The notes: a model not told the origin generated them from the sequence alone. A stretch of 64,000 nucleotides of DNA from Candidatus Latescibacterota bacterium (GCA_965203175.1 OZ241867.1:64001-128000), one strand, 5' to 3'. Positions 9,852 through 20,433 are shown, counted from the first letter of the stretch. Made by a program: numbers and translations.

Positions 9852-10760
9852 CTATCCGGCCGCTTCCTGAACGGCGTTGGCGACGAACTGGCCACGAGCC
9901 CGTGCGATAGCACCCGCGAGGGTGCGCTTGACCAGCACTCCGACGAGGTGGGTGCGGAACTCGGCTGGGCCGCGCATATCGGAAATCGGGCGAGCCGCAC
10001 TCTGGGCCGCGGCCGCCGCGGCGGCGATGGCCTCGTCTGAAACGGCTTGGCCCGCTAGGCTGTCGCCGGACTCGCGGGCGAAAATCGGCGTGGGGCCGAC
10101 CGCGGCGAGCGCAATGCGCGCGGCCTTAAACTCCTTGCCGCGATTGGCCAAGGTGACATGGGAGGACACTCCGACGACGGCGATGTCCATCTCGTTGCGC
10201 GGAATGAAGCGCTGGTAGTGCGAGCCCGTGTTCTTCCTGGCAATCGGAATCTGGAGAGAAACCAAAATCTCCCCAGGCGCGAGCACACTGCGGCCCGGGG
10301 CAGTGCAAAAATCCTCTACCGCGACTTGGCGCTTGCCGTCCGGCCCGGCGATGTGGCACACGGCCGAGTGGGTAATCAGGCTGGGGATCGTGTCCGCGCT
10401 GGGAGAGGCGTTGCACAAATTGCCGCCAAAGGTGGCGCGGCCCTGTATTTGGATGCCGCCGATAATGGCAGCCGAATCGATGAGCCCAGGGTATCGCTCG
10501 ACGATTCCGGGGTCATTGTACATGCGCCAGCAAGACACGCCCGCGCCGATGACCAATCCCCGGCGGGGGCCGTAGGAAAGCTCGTTGGCTTCGGGGACGT
10601 TCTTGATGTCGATGATGCAGTCGGGCGCAAAACGATTCCCGCGCAATTGGACGATCAAGTCAGTGCCGCCAGCGAGGACGCGGGCGGCTTCGCCCTTCTC
10701 GGCCTTGAGGGCCACGGCCTCGCGCAACGTGCTGGGGGCGCAATAGGCAAAATCTTTCAA
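9852..10760 (-). CDS. FAD-binding medium subunit (CoxM-like)
   Basis: Motifs 'LAGGTDL', 'QIQGRATFGGNLCNASPSAD', 'PISDMRGPAEFR'; TTG start with AGGAGG upstream. Confidence 0.93.
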   Translation of the reverse strand: MKDFAYCAPSTLREAVALKAEKGEAARVLAGGTDLIVQLRGNRFAPDCIIDIKNVPEANELSYGPRRGLVIGAGVSCWRMYNDPGIVERYPGLIDSAAIIGGIQIQGRATFGGNLCNASPSADTIPSLITHSAVCHIAGPDGKRQVAVEDFCTAPGRSVLAPGEILVSLQIPIARKNTGSHYQRFIPRNEMDIAVVGVSSHVTLANRGKEFKAARIALAAVGPTPIFARESGDSLAGQAVSDEAIAAAAAAAQSAARPISDMRGPAEFRTHLVGVLVKRTLAGAIARARGQFVANAVQEAAG

Positions 10761-10932
10761 GGAAAAACCTCCTTGCTTGTAAGTAGTGATCGCTGCGTTC
10801 GCGCCTAATTATGGAACGCCCCACCCCCGCTGTCAAGAGCGGCAAAAGAGGCCGAACATCTGGATTTTTCTGGAAAAAACCCTCGGCGCAAGGTGCTCTA
10901 ATCCGCAGGCGACTGCGCCGACGGGATGCGTT

Positions 10933-12753
10933 CTAAGGCAGCTTCATCATCTTCTTGGTTTCCACGCGCCCATCCACCTCGACCCGATAGAGATACACCC
11001 CAGCCGCCACATCCCTGCCCATCTCGTCGCGGCCATTCCAAGTAAAACGATGCGTACCCACCGGTAGTGCCCCCTGCCACACCTGCCGCACCCGACGACC
11101 CAACACGTCGTACACCGTCAGCGACACCCCCGCCGCATCCGTCGTCAAATCGAGAGGAATCACCACAGCCGGATTAAACGGATTGGGATAGCTGTCGCCC
11201 AGCCGATACTGCGTCGGCACAGCAATCGCCGCCGTCAGCACCGCCGTCGGCTGCCCTCCTCCCGAATTCTTGAGTACATGCACGCCGCCCAAGGCCGAAT
11301 CCAACACCACCAAGTCCAAGTCTCCATCGTCATCCACATCGCCAGTCAGCACCTCGATCCCATCGCCAGCCAAACGATGCGTCTCCTCTTCTTGGGTCGG
11401 ATTCAAACCCCCACCCCACTCGACAAACACCCCAAAGCCCGATGCCCGATTGCCGCCGACAAACACCCAATCCTCTACTCCATCGGCATTCAAATCGCGC
11501 ACCACCACCCACGAGCGCAGAAACAAATGCTCATCATACAGTACCTCCAGCACCTCTCCGGATAGCCCCCCTTCTGGAGACAGCCTTTTTACAACGAGTC
11601 CCATGTTTCCTTCAAAAGAATTGCGTTGGAGTTCCACGGGTATCTCCTGCTGTCCATCGCCATCAAAATCCCCTCTCATAGAATCAAACCTGCTGTAGTA
11701 CAAATCCCATAGCGCTTCGCGGTCGTCCGAACTTATGGTGAGTACCTCTTCCTGGAGATCCGCCCCGATAGACCAAACTTCTATTTCGCTGCTCCATGTA
11801 AAAATCGCAATCTCGTCTTGGCCATCGCCATCCACATCGCGGGCGAGTATATGCATAAACCCTCCCCTGTCTTGGGTATCCCCGATGCGCACGCTTTCAA
11901 AGGCCCCGCTACCATCATTGAGGGCCATGACCCAGCCCCGAACGCGATCCCCTTCATAAAGGGTATAATGAATAGAGAAAAGGTCTAAGTCGCCATCGCC
12001 ATCTAAGTCGGTCAAGACGCCACTCCCCAATGGATATCCTAAACCCGGTGCAATCGGATAGAACACCGGCGGCGCAAAAAGACCGGGATCATCAAAGTGA
12101 AAATACTCTACATGAGGCCGGGCTAATTCGCCCTGCGAGCGCTCTTCAGGGCCGGTCAATTCGATCCAGTCGATCTCAAAATGCCCGACCAACTCATCCA
12201 CCGACCGGGGTTCCTCCGCTTCGTTTCGATCCAAGCTAAAACGCAGCCGAATATCCCGTAAAAGCCCCGCCCACACGATCTCATCTTGGCCGGAGAGGGC
12301 AAACTCTACTTCCTGCCATTCGGTCGTGTAAACGAGGTCTATGGAGGGGATCGCAAACCGGCTTTCTGGCGGCTCTGGATCGCGTCCTGGTGTCGCGAGG
12401 TTGAGCTCGTTGGTCCAAGCAAGCCGCACGCGCCCTACCGTGGGGCGATCATGCACGGTACGGAATCGGACCCGCACCCGATCAAACAGGTGCGAATCGT
12501 AGCCGATGAGATAAGAAATCAAGGTCGCATCTGGAGAAGGATTCCTTTTGTCCACCATCGAGGGCGAGACATCGATCCTCCACACGCCGTCTTCGACCTC
12601 CCCTGGAAACAGATAAAATTCATTTGGACCACCCCACTCAAACGCTCTTTTGGCGGACCACCCTTGCGTCGTCCCGTCGTCGAAATCCCACTTGACCGCC
12701 TCGGCGAGGCTACTCCATAACAATAAGCATCCAACAACGGCGAGCTTTAACAT
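10933..12753 (-). CDS. Secreted protein: N-terminal beta-sandwich domain, FG-GAP/VCBS-like repeats and a C-terminal FlgD-Ig / T9SS type A-like domain
   Basis: ATG at 12753 with GGAGG RBS (the ORF-track extension to 12999 overlaps the upstream gene). Signal peptide MLKLAVVGCLLLWSSLAEA; repeats 'DLDGDGDLD', 'DVDGDGQDE', 'DFDGDGQQE', 'DVDDDGDLD'; tail 'SYPNPFNP...YDVLGRRVR...WNGRDEMGRDVAAGVYLY...KKMMKLP'. Confidence 0.8.
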   Translation of the reverse strand: MLKLAVVGCLLLWSSLAEAVKWDFDDGTTQGWSAKRAFEWGGPNEFYLFPGEVEDGVWRIDVSPSMVDKRNPSPDATLISYLIGYDSHLFDRVRVRFRTVHDRPTVGRVRLAWTNELNLATPGRDPEPPESRFAIPSIDLVYTTEWQEVEFALSGQDEIVWAGLLRDIRLRFSLDRNEAEEPRSVDELVGHFEIDWIELTGPEERSQGELARPHVEYFHFDDPGLFAPPVFYPIAPGLGYPLGSGVLTDLDGDGDLDLFSIHYTLYEGDRVRGWVMALNDGSGAFESVRIGDTQDRGGFMHILARDVDGDGQDEIAIFTWSSEIEVWSIGADLQEEVLTISSDDREALWDLYYSRFDSMRGDFDGDGQQEIPVELQRNSFEGNMGLVVKRLSPEGGLSGEVLEVLYDEHLFLRSWVVVRDLNADGVEDWVFVGGNRASGFGVFVEWGGGLNPTQEEETHRLAGDGIEVLTGDVDDDGDLDLVVLDSALGGVHVLKNSGGGQPTAVLTAAIAVPTQYRLGDSYPNPFNPAVVIPLDLTTDAAGVSLTVYDVLGRRVRQVWQGALPVGTHRFTWNGRDEMGRDVAAGVYLYRVEVDGRVETKKMMKLP

Positions 12754-12859
12754 GACAGCACCTCCATAGAAATTTCCACAAGACAGCGTATCGAAAAGAT
12801 GCCAGATTCCATCGAGTACTAACATATAGTCGGCGACAGACCGTATCAACAACTTCTCA

Positions 12860-13735
12860 TCAATCGCTCCCTCCCCCCGCTTCCAAGCTCCAATAGACCG
12901 TTTCGATCCAGCGCTGCGCTGGCACGAAAGACCACTCCCATGACGCCCATTGAGGGTCGAGTCCCTCGGCGCTGATCTGGTCGAGCGACATGCCCGCACT
13001 CCGACGCGTGCGCACGCTATCCGTAGTCTCCACCAACATGCGGTGGTAAGCCTTTAAATCGTCGAGCGTGGCGACCGGACCGTGGCCGGGGATGATTTTC
13101 GCGTCCGCGGAAAGCTGGCCGATGAGTGTGGCAATGTGTTGCGTCAGGGTCTCGACGTCGCCGCCGTACTCTAGATCGACGAAGGGGAAGATGCCGTTGA
13201 AGAACAGGTCTCCGAGATGGGCGATCTGGGCGTTGACAAAGAATACGGCGATGTCCCCATCAGTATGGGCGCGGGGAAAGTGAACGGCGCGGATTTGCTC
13301 ACCGTTGAAGAACACAGACGCCGACTGCTCAAACGCAATCTCTGGCAAGGCAACTGCTGGCTCAGGCTCAATGTGCCGCTTGCCAAATTCACCGCCTGTC
13401 GCCAAGCGTTTGCGGACGTTGACGTGGGCCAAAATCGTCGCGTGCTGGCCAAAGGCACGGTTGCCGCCGATGTGATCGCCGTGGAAATGCGTGTTGAAGA
13501 TGTACTCGGGCTGGCCGTCAAAACGGGCTAGCGCGGCGCGCACCGCATCGGTCTGCGACGCCAATTTATCATCCACCAAAAGAATGCCGTCATCGCCGAC
13601 GCAAACCCCGACATTGCCGCCACCGCCTTGCAACACGTACACCGCGTCACTGAGCTGGTGAAGCGAAAGCTCGGCGGTCGCTGGGCTAGCAGCTAACAGT
13701 GCCGCGATTAATGGACAAACATTTAAGAAGCGCAT
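12860..13735 (-). CDS. Secreted MBL-fold metallo-hydrolase (cyclase-like)
   Basis: Signal peptide; motifs 'NTHFHGDHIGGN', 'AHTDGD', 'HLGDL', 'IPGHG'. Confidence 0.88.
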   Translation of the reverse strand: MRFLNVCPLIAALLAASPATAELSLHQLSDAVYVLQGGGGNVGVCVGDDGILLVDDKLASQTDAVRAALARFDGQPEYIFNTHFHGDHIGGNRAFGQHATILAHVNVRKRLATGGEFGKRHIEPEPAVALPEIAFEQSASVFFNGEQIRAVHFPRAHTDGDIAVFFVNAQIAHLGDLFFNGIFPFVDLEYGGDVETLTQHIATLIGQLSADAKIIPGHGPVATLDDLKAYHRMLVETTDSVRTRRSAGMSLDQISAEGLDPQWASWEWSFVPAQRWIETVYWSLEAGGGSD

Positions 13736-13778
13736 GTTTCTCTATCCCTGTGGTTAGGTCCTGTGTAAATGAAACCAA

Positions 13779-15398
13779 TCACTGATCGCTATTTCTCTCT
13801 TCTATCGTTACGTACCGATTGACCGGCAAGTCGGTAAAAATTTCGCGGTGTTGATCGGGCCAGCGCACTTCGAGCGTATCGACCAACTTGACGCGCCCCA
13901 GCCCGAAGTGGAGGCGACGGTCCTCGCTGGAGAGGAAGCTGCTGCCGCAGATGAGGTCGCGGATCTGCGTCCGCTTGCCAGCGACGAGTCGCGCTCGGGC
14001 GCCAATGCCATCGCGGTTGCCGCGCGTACCAACCAAGCGCAGGCCCAGCCAATTCTGCTGGTTGCCCACATCATTTCGCAACAGCGAGGGCTGATCGTCG
14101 AGATTGGCAACGAAAACGTCCAAGTCCCCATCGTTGTCAAAGTCGAGCACGTTGGCTCCTCGGCTGACGCGAGGCACCTCGGAGCCGAGCGCGACCTGCG
14201 TAAACGTTCCGTTGCCAACATTGGCAAAGAGATGATTGGGCTGGGCGTACGCACTGCCGCTGCCGGCGCGGTCGATCTGCGGATACACGTGGCCATTGGC
14301 CACCAACAGATCGAGATCTCCATCGTGGTCATAGTCGAAAAAACCCGTACCAAAGCCCACGTGTGCCCATCCCACGCGCGCTAAGGCAGCTTCCGCACTG
14401 ACATCCGCAAAGATGCCATCGCCCTCGTTGCGATAGAGGGTGTTGTACTCGTCTGCAAAATGCGTGGCGAGCAAATCGGGGCGACCGTCGCTGTCGTAAT
14501 CGCCCCAAGCTACCCCCATGCTCGCTTGGATTTGTCCGCCGCGGCCATAGGCCAAGCGGGCTGGAAGAGAGCGGTCAGTAAAGCGGCCATCGCCGCGATT
14601 GCGATAAAAAAAGTTCGGGCTGGAGTCATTGGCCACGAATAAGTCGGGCCAGCCGTCGTCATCCGCGTCCGCAAACAGGACGCCCAACCCGTAGCCCGGG
14701 GAAGGGTGGTTGAGGAGCGCCCAAGCAGTGATGTCGGCAAACTCGGTGCCGTCGTTGCGATAAAACACATCCGCAGCCCCCACCAATCCCCTCGGGCCGA
14801 CGAAGACCTCCACCCCCTTCCATTGAGCACCCAAGCGTTCTACCTCAGTCGAATCGAATACCGCATAGCTCGCCACGTACAGGTCGAGATCGCCGTCGCG
14901 GTCGTAGTCGGCCCAAGCCGCGCCCGTGCTCCAATGGGGCGTGGCCACGCCAGCCGCTGCGGCCACATCGACAAAGCGATCGCCGTCGTTGCGGAAAAGC
15001 AGATTCTCCCGCAACTGGGTCGCGTACAGGTCTTGGTCCCCATCGTTGTCAAAATCTGCGCTAGTCGCGCCCATGCCCCAACCAAGGCCCGCGACCCCAA
15101 ACGCCTCGCCCACATCAACAAAGCCGGTCGAGCCGTCGTTGCGGAAAAGCGCGTGGCCGCCGCCTTTGCCATTGACCCAGTAGAGATCCTGATCGCCGTC
15201 GCGGTCAAAATCGAGCGCGGCCGTGCCGCCGCCTTTGGCCTCGGGGATATAGCCCTTTGCCAAGCTGCCGCTCGTGTGGACGCGGGTCAGGCCGAGTTGG
15301 ACGGCCACATCGACGAAGGGCGCAAGCGGCTCGGCGGCAGCACAGCACGCCCACAGGACGCAGAGGCCGCCGGTTATATTTGCGGAAAATGCAGACAC
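13779..15398 (-). CDS. CRTAC1-family protein (FG-GAP/VCBS repeats plus ASPIC/UnbV)
   Basis: Many 'D[FY]DxDGDxDL' repeats; 'NRDGIGAR', 'GSSFLSS', 'LHFGLG', 'EVRWP'. Confidence 0.9.
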   Translation of the reverse strand: MSAFSANITGGLCVLWACCAAAEPLAPFVDVAVQLGLTRVHTSGSLAKGYIPEAKGGGTAALDFDRDGDQDLYWVNGKGGGHALFRNDGSTGFVDVGEAFGVAGLGWGMGATSADFDNDGDQDLYATQLRENLLFRNDGDRFVDVAAAAGVATPHWSTGAAWADYDRDGDLDLYVASYAVFDSTEVERLGAQWKGVEVFVGPRGLVGAADVFYRNDGTEFADITAWALLNHPSPGYGLGVLFADADDDGWPDLFVANDSSPNFFYRNRGDGRFTDRSLPARLAYGRGGQIQASMGVAWGDYDSDGRPDLLATHFADEYNTLYRNEGDGIFADVSAEAALARVGWAHVGFGTGFFDYDHDGDLDLLVANGHVYPQIDRAGSGSAYAQPNHLFANVGNGTFTQVALGSEVPRVSRGANVLDFDNDGDLDVFVANLDDQPSLLRNDVGNQQNWLGLRLVGTRGNRDGIGARARLVAGKRTQIRDLICGSSFLSSEDRRLHFGLGRVKLVDTLEVRWPDQHREIFTDLPVNRYVTIEERNSDQ

Positions 15399-15495
15399 TA
15401 GAAGCTATCTCAGTCGCTAGCATTTAGGTGCAGAGGCACCTCTTGTAACAGTCGATAGGGTATCGGACGGCTACAAGGCATATAAGGATAGCTGC

Positions 15496-17988
15496 CTAGT
15501 ACACGCTAGCGACGAGTTTGGTACTCGTAGTTTGCTCGCCTTCGGCGTCCACTTCCACGCCGACGCGACACACGTACAGTCCCGGCGGCAACAGCCGGCC
15601 CTGTCGATCGCGGCCATCCCAAGTCAGCCGCTGGACCCCTGCGGCGGTTGCGGCCGCCTGCTCGATGCGCTGCACCGACTGGCCGTCCAAGCCATAGACC
15701 TCCAGAACCAACGCCTTGGCTCCCTGCACTTGGAACACCGGAAAGACCAATTCCACCACGTCGTTGATCCCGTCTCCATTGGGCGTAAACGGATTCGACG
15801 ACGCAGCTACCTCACCTAAAACGGCCTTAGTAAAGGGCGTAAACACAGTCAGGCCGCGGCCCGCGTTGACTCCGTTATCCACCCGCTGCCACACTTGGTC
15901 GGCTCCTTGTCCTTGCCCGACCTGCACTTCAAAGGCATTGCTCACCAAGTAGAGCGCGCCGGCAAAGCGCAGCGACACGAGGTCCTGTCCCTGCACAACC
16001 GGCGCAGGCAGCCGCACCCACAGCGAATCTAGGCCGGTCGGCAGTCTCTCTAACTGATCGAGGCCGTACTGCTCTGCACCCACGGCTCCGTCAATCAAGT
16101 CCATCTCCGCGCCCGGCGGCAGCTCCACCAGCACTTGGTCAAATCCACTGTTGCCTTCTTGGAACGCGGGCCGCAAGAGCAAAGTGAACATCTGCGGCTG
16201 CCCGCGCTGGGACGCTCTGTTGGGGGTGATCTCGCCGAGAATTTGACTGGCGAGGGGCGCGTCCAGCGCGAGGCGCAGAGAGCGCAACAGCACGGCCGCG
16301 TCTGGATCGTCTGAGCGCAGGGTAGCCTCTATCATCACGTAGCGGCGCGGACTCGGCGAAGTGATGGGCGCACCCGACACCGAATAAGGCAGACTCCACG
16401 GACTCCAATCTGCACCGGGGATGATGGCAACGGTCGAATCGCCGCGCTGAAAGCTGAGCAATTTGCGGTACTTGGCCTCGGTCACTTCTTGGCCCGTGTT
16501 CGAGAAGTAGCGGATGTTCTGGCCGAGTTGATTTCCGCTGCGGCTGCGGACGCGCACTTGGGTGCCGGTCGGCGCGCTGGCTGTCCAGTGCATAGCCGAC
16601 AGAATGCGAGCGGCACCCCCCAATTCGATCGGCTCAGACGTAAGCGACACCTCGGGGAGAAAGCCGCGTCCGTATAGCTGTATCTCGCGGATGGCCGGAC
16701 GGGCCGACCCCCTGACCAAGGTGTAATTCATCCTGAAGTAACGCGCCTTGGTCAGCGGAAACACATTGTCCTGAAAGAGAATATTGCGATGCGCGGTTCC
16801 CTCTACACCTTCCAAGCCGCGCGCCGTCAATGCGACGTAGCTCAAGCTGCCATCCGGTGCGCGGCTGCCGTCGGAAAGCGCGATCCCGTAATTGGGAAAC
16901 GCCCGGCTGTACCTATCGCCAAAGACGATGGCAGTGCGGTTGACCCAGTACCAGGTTCCCAAGTCGAAATAGATATTGCGATGCGGATCCTGAAATACAA
17001 CCGCCGGATCGTTGCCGCTAAAGCCCACTTCCACGCTCCAGAAGGATCTCCACTCGCCATCTACAGTTAGCTTTTCCGCGCCCAAGTTGCCGTAGCCGAT
17101 AATCTCCCCGCCGCGGTCTAGGGCACCGAGGCTAATGTTGTCACCCATGGTCCACACCTCGACTTCGGTCAGCCGCGGCCTCTCCCGGCGATAGTATTCG
17201 ACCGGGCCTTGCCATTCCTCCTCAATGGCTTCGTATGCCGCTTGGTCGATCGGCCGCAAAACGCCGGAAGACTCGCGGCGGAAGTAGAGCACATCGCCGC
17301 GCTCTTCCTCCGGCAGACTGTTCCAGCGCGCGGCACTGATCTGCCCGGCCTGGCCCAAGTCGCTGGCCGTCGCCACCACCTGGAGAAACTGAATCAGCCG
17401 ACCAGTAAGCCCCGGGTCCACTTGGCGGGTAGGCTGCAACTCGAACTCATAGACGCGCTGCGATTTGTTTAATCCCTCGCTGTGGCCGGCGGGCAGGTAG
17501 CTGAAGGACTCGCTTTGCAAGAAGGCGGGATCGCCGTTGGCAGTGAGCACCTTGAACTGGAGGAATGGATCGCCTTGACCTTCAACGGCAAATTTCACCA
17601 CCACCTTCTGCGCCCACACTAGCCGCCCCAAGTCGATTTCGACCCACCACTTGTCGAGCGGGTCCGCCAAGTCCGGTTCCCAGAAGGTATCCTCCCGGCC
17701 ATCTAGAATGTTGGCAGCCCCCGCGAGGCCGGTTCCAGCACTGCGAATGCCACCTTGCACCCCATCTCCATAGGTGAACGCGCTGGCGTCCAAGGCGGCG
17801 TTGACCTGATCGCGGACAAAGACGGGCCGGACGCCTTCGGCGCTGAAGTCCAAGCTGCCCGGCGGAAAACCCCACTCCGGCCAGTGCTCCGGAGCGACGT
17901 TCAACCCTTCCTCGTCGAGTTGGTACGCTTGACACCACGCCGCCGATGCCGTCAGCAAAACCGTGCCCGCGATCGCAACGCTTTTCAT
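15496..17988 (-). CDS. Secreted long-type discoidin-like/FlgD-Ig protein (830 aa), ends in LVASVY
   Basis: Start reassigned to MKSVAIAG (signal peptide). Two F5/8-type-C-like 'DG...W...DLG' units; 'WSPWS.PY', 'SPSPRRY'; C-terminal 'NPFTPNGDGIND...WDGRD..G...PPGLY'. Close paralog of 27231-29750. Confidence 0.75.
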   Translation of the reverse strand: MKSVAIAGTVLLTASAAWCQAYQLDEEGLNVAPEHWPEWGFPPGSLDFSAEGVRPVFVRDQVNAALDASAFTYGDGVQGGIRSAGTGLAGAANILDGREDTFWEPDLADPLDKWWVEIDLGRLVWAQKVVVKFAVEGQGDPFLQFKVLTANGDPAFLQSESFSYLPAGHSEGLNKSQRVYEFELQPTRQVDPGLTGRLIQFLQVVATASDLGQAGQISAARWNSLPEEERGDVLYFRRESSGVLRPIDQAAYEAIEEEWQGPVEYYRRERPRLTEVEVWTMGDNISLGALDRGGEIIGYGNLGAEKLTVDGEWRSFWSVEVGFSGNDPAVVFQDPHRNIYFDLGTWYWVNRTAIVFGDRYSRAFPNYGIALSDGSRAPDGSLSYVALTARGLEGVEGTAHRNILFQDNVFPLTKARYFRMNYTLVRGSARPAIREIQLYGRGFLPEVSLTSEPIELGGAARILSAMHWTASAPTGTQVRVRSRSGNQLGQNIRYFSNTGQEVTEAKYRKLLSFQRGDSTVAIIPGADWSPWSLPYSVSGAPITSPSPRRYVMIEATLRSDDPDAAVLLRSLRLALDAPLASQILGEITPNRASQRGQPQMFTLLLRPAFQEGNSGFDQVLVELPPGAEMDLIDGAVGAEQYGLDQLERLPTGLDSLWVRLPAPVVQGQDLVSLRFAGALYLVSNAFEVQVGQGQGADQVWQRVDNGVNAGRGLTVFTPFTKAVLGEVAASSNPFTPNGDGINDVVELVFPVFQVQGAKALVLEVYGLDGQSVQRIEQAAATAAGVQRLTWDGRDRQGRLLPPGLYVCRVGVEVDAEGEQTTSTKLVASVY

Positions 17989-17995
17989 AGCTGCT

Positions 17996-19117
17996 TCAGT
18001 GTGGATCGCCCACGCGCCAGCGATGCCTTTCCACCCCATCCATGTCCAACTCAATCCCAAAACCCGGGCCTTCCGGCAACACGATGCAACTGTCCTCCAC
18101 TCGCAACGGCTCGGTGATTATCTCGTCCCGCCACTCAATGCCGGTGACGAACTCCATGGGAGCCACATTCGGTATGGAAGCCATCAAATGCGCGGCCGCT
18201 ATAATGCCGACTGGGCCTTTGGTGTTATGCGGCGATATGGGAACGTGAAAGGTATCGGCAATGGCCGCGATTTTGCGCACCTCGGTAATCCCGCCAGCGT
18301 ACATCAGGTCGGGTTGTGCCACGTCGATGCCGTCTAGATCCAACAATTGGCGGTAGTGGCTCTTGGTGTTCAGCCGCTCGCTGCCCATGACCGGAATGGA
18401 GATTTCCCGCCGCACTTTTGGATAGGCGTTCAGGTCATCCGGCGGCACGGGGTCTTCAAACACGTAGAGGTCGGATGACTCTATGGCGCGGGCCAAGCGG
18501 ATGCACTGGGCCACTGTGAAGCGGCCGTGGCAATCGATCAACAGCTTGACATCCGGCCCCACCGCTTCCCGCACCGCGGCGAAATGCTCTGCCGTCTCGG
18601 TCGGATGGCCATCGTCCGCGTACTGACCGAAGTCGGCCCCACTCCGCGACCGCGCTCCACCCTTGAGCGCAGTGTACCCCTCTTCTACCTTTTCCTGCGC
18701 CATTTTCGCCGAATCCTCGGGCGTGGCACCACCAAAGTGCGTATAGACCTCGACCCGGTCGCGGAACTTGCCGCCCAACAGCTCGACCACCGGCAGATTC
18801 GCCACCTTGCCCTTGATGTCCCACAGGGCTTGGTCAATGCCGCTCATGGCGCTCATCCACACGGGGCCCGCCATGCGCCAGATGCAACTCAGCGAGGAGC
18901 GCAGATAGAGCTTGTGCCACAAGTACTCGATGCGCGCCGGATCTTCGCCGATCAGTTCCTGTTTGAGATGCTCGATGGCAGCGACGACCACTGGCTCCTT
19001 GTTGGAATACGTGGCCTCGCCCAAACCCACTAGGCCCTCGTCTGTAAAGACCCGCACAATCGTCCATTTGCGGCCTGGCGAGTCGATCAGAATGGTATCA
19101 ATATCGCGTATTTTCAT
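17996..19117 (-). CDS. Mandelate racemase/muconate lactonizing enzyme family protein (DgoD-like sugar-acid dehydratase)
   Basis: Motifs 'TDEGLVGLGEA', 'SGIDQALWDIKGK', 'DCHGRF', 'FEDP', 'QPD', 'PHN'. Confidence 0.9.
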   Translation of the reverse strand: MKIRDIDTILIDSPGRKWTIVRVFTDEGLVGLGEATYSNKEPVVVAAIEHLKQELIGEDPARIEYLWHKLYLRSSLSCIWRMAGPVWMSAMSGIDQALWDIKGKVANLPVVELLGGKFRDRVEVYTHFGGATPEDSAKMAQEKVEEGYTALKGGARSRSGADFGQYADDGHPTETAEHFAAVREAVGPDVKLLIDCHGRFTVAQCIRLARAIESSDLYVFEDPVPPDDLNAYPKVRREISIPVMGSERLNTKSHYRQLLDLDGIDVAQPDLMYAGGITEVRKIAAIADTFHVPISPHNTKGPVGIIAAAHLMASIPNVAPMEFVTGIEWRDEIITEPLRVEDSCIVLPEGPGFGIELDMDGVERHRWRVGDPH

Positions 19118-19152
19118 CGCATTACCTTTTGCCCTGCGAAGGGCTTTTCCTA

Positions 19153-20433
19153 TTAGAGGTTGGGTTCGGCTGTTGAAAGCTCCGCGCCATTATACGCCCA
19201 TTGCAAGTGTATATGGCTGGTCGAGTGTCTTTTGCTGATACGCCCCCCCGGCATATCCAGCGTCCGTTCCCAGCAATGGGGCGTCAACACGCCTTGCACT
19301 TCTTGGTAGCGATTGTAAGTAGTGATCCAAGTCGGCGGCAGAAAGTCGGGATTGGCTTGCTTGAACCATTGCTCTTCTTGGGGCGTTAGCTTTTCTCTGG
19401 TCTCGGCCAAGAGCGCCGTGCGACAGTCAAAGAGCGCCTCGAAATAGTGCCCGAATTTCCGGTCATCTACCAGCACGACATCATGGCAAGTCCCGTCCTT
19501 ATGGCGCTCTTGCTCGAGATAATCCAAGGCCACGCCCTCGCCCATAAAGCGGTCGATGAAATGCCAGCGGACCTCTTCGCCCCGGTGGCGCTTGGCGGCC
19601 AAATCAGGAGGCAGGATGCCTCCATATCGCCCCCAGCGATCTTCAAAGAGCGCCTCGAATGTACCCCGCTCCCGGATGGAGGGATTTTTGCTCACATAAG
19701 ATGGGTTGGAGACCGCAGGGTCGAACGAAACCTCTACCTTGTACTTCTCTTTTTTAGCGACCGCTCGATTTCCCCATCCTTCGTAGTGCCAAGTCGCCAC
19801 CGGATACAGATAGGGGGTCACTGGGAGCACCTTTAGGCAAACACCACCTTGGCAAGAAGGCCTTTTCAAATCTCTTACATTGGACTCTAACCACACCATC
19901 GCACTCATTGCTCGTATTTCGAGCAGGCGCTGCCTACCGCCCATGGCCTCAATTGCCCGCTCTACTACCTCCAAGGCCCGGTCGCGGTCTGCACCCATCT
20001 TGGCTAGGGGAAAGCGCACGTAGTCCTCGCGATAGTTCCCCTCGGCGGCCACGAACGCCAAGAGCAAGGAGTCGATATTCACATCGCCAGACCGCTCTAT
20101 CTGTATCCTCTTTTCGAGGTGAGCCATGGCGTCGTGCGCCTCGGGCGGCAATTGCTCCGCAATCTCATCAAGAGGAGTGGATTCAGCGGTTTCCTGTGCA
20201 AGCTGCAGTGGCGCAGCCTCGACGACCAAGCGCTGCATTTGCCGCTCGTGCAAAGCAGGTTTCGTAGGATCGAAGGCCCTCATTTCTAGTCGCGGCGGCT
20301 GACGAAAAACCACTTGGAAAGACGGTTGAGGTTCGGGTATGGAAGGAGTCAACAAGACCACAGTTAAATGCAGGAGGGCCGAAAGGAACAGGCAGACGGC
20401 CACTCTCTTGGTTTCTGTCGAGGACCAGTGCAT
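19153..20433 (-). CDS. Hypothetical membrane-anchored protein, family A copy 1
   Basis: N-terminal TM with TonB-like S-x3-H ('LSALLHL') and a Pro-rich linker, then 'ALEVVERAIEAMGG..RL..I'. Paralog of 21650-22912. Confidence 0.7.
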   Translation of the reverse strand: MHWSSTETKRVAVCLFLSALLHLTVVLLTPSIPEPQPSFQVVFRQPPRLEMRAFDPTKPALHERQMQRLVVEAAPLQLAQETAESTPLDEIAEQLPPEAHDAMAHLEKRIQIERSGDVNIDSLLLAFVAAEGNYREDYVRFPLAKMGADRDRALEVVERAIEAMGGRQRLLEIRAMSAMVWLESNVRDLKRPSCQGGVCLKVLPVTPYLYPVATWHYEGWGNRAVAKKEKYKVEVSFDPAVSNPSYVSKNPSIRERGTFEALFEDRWGRYGGILPPDLAAKRHRGEEVRWHFIDRFMGEGVALDYLEQERHKDGTCHDVVLVDDRKFGHYFEALFDCRTALLAETREKLTPQEEQWFKQANPDFLPPTWITTYNRYQEVQGVLTPHCWERTLDMPGGRISKRHSTSHIHLQWAYNGAELSTAEPNL

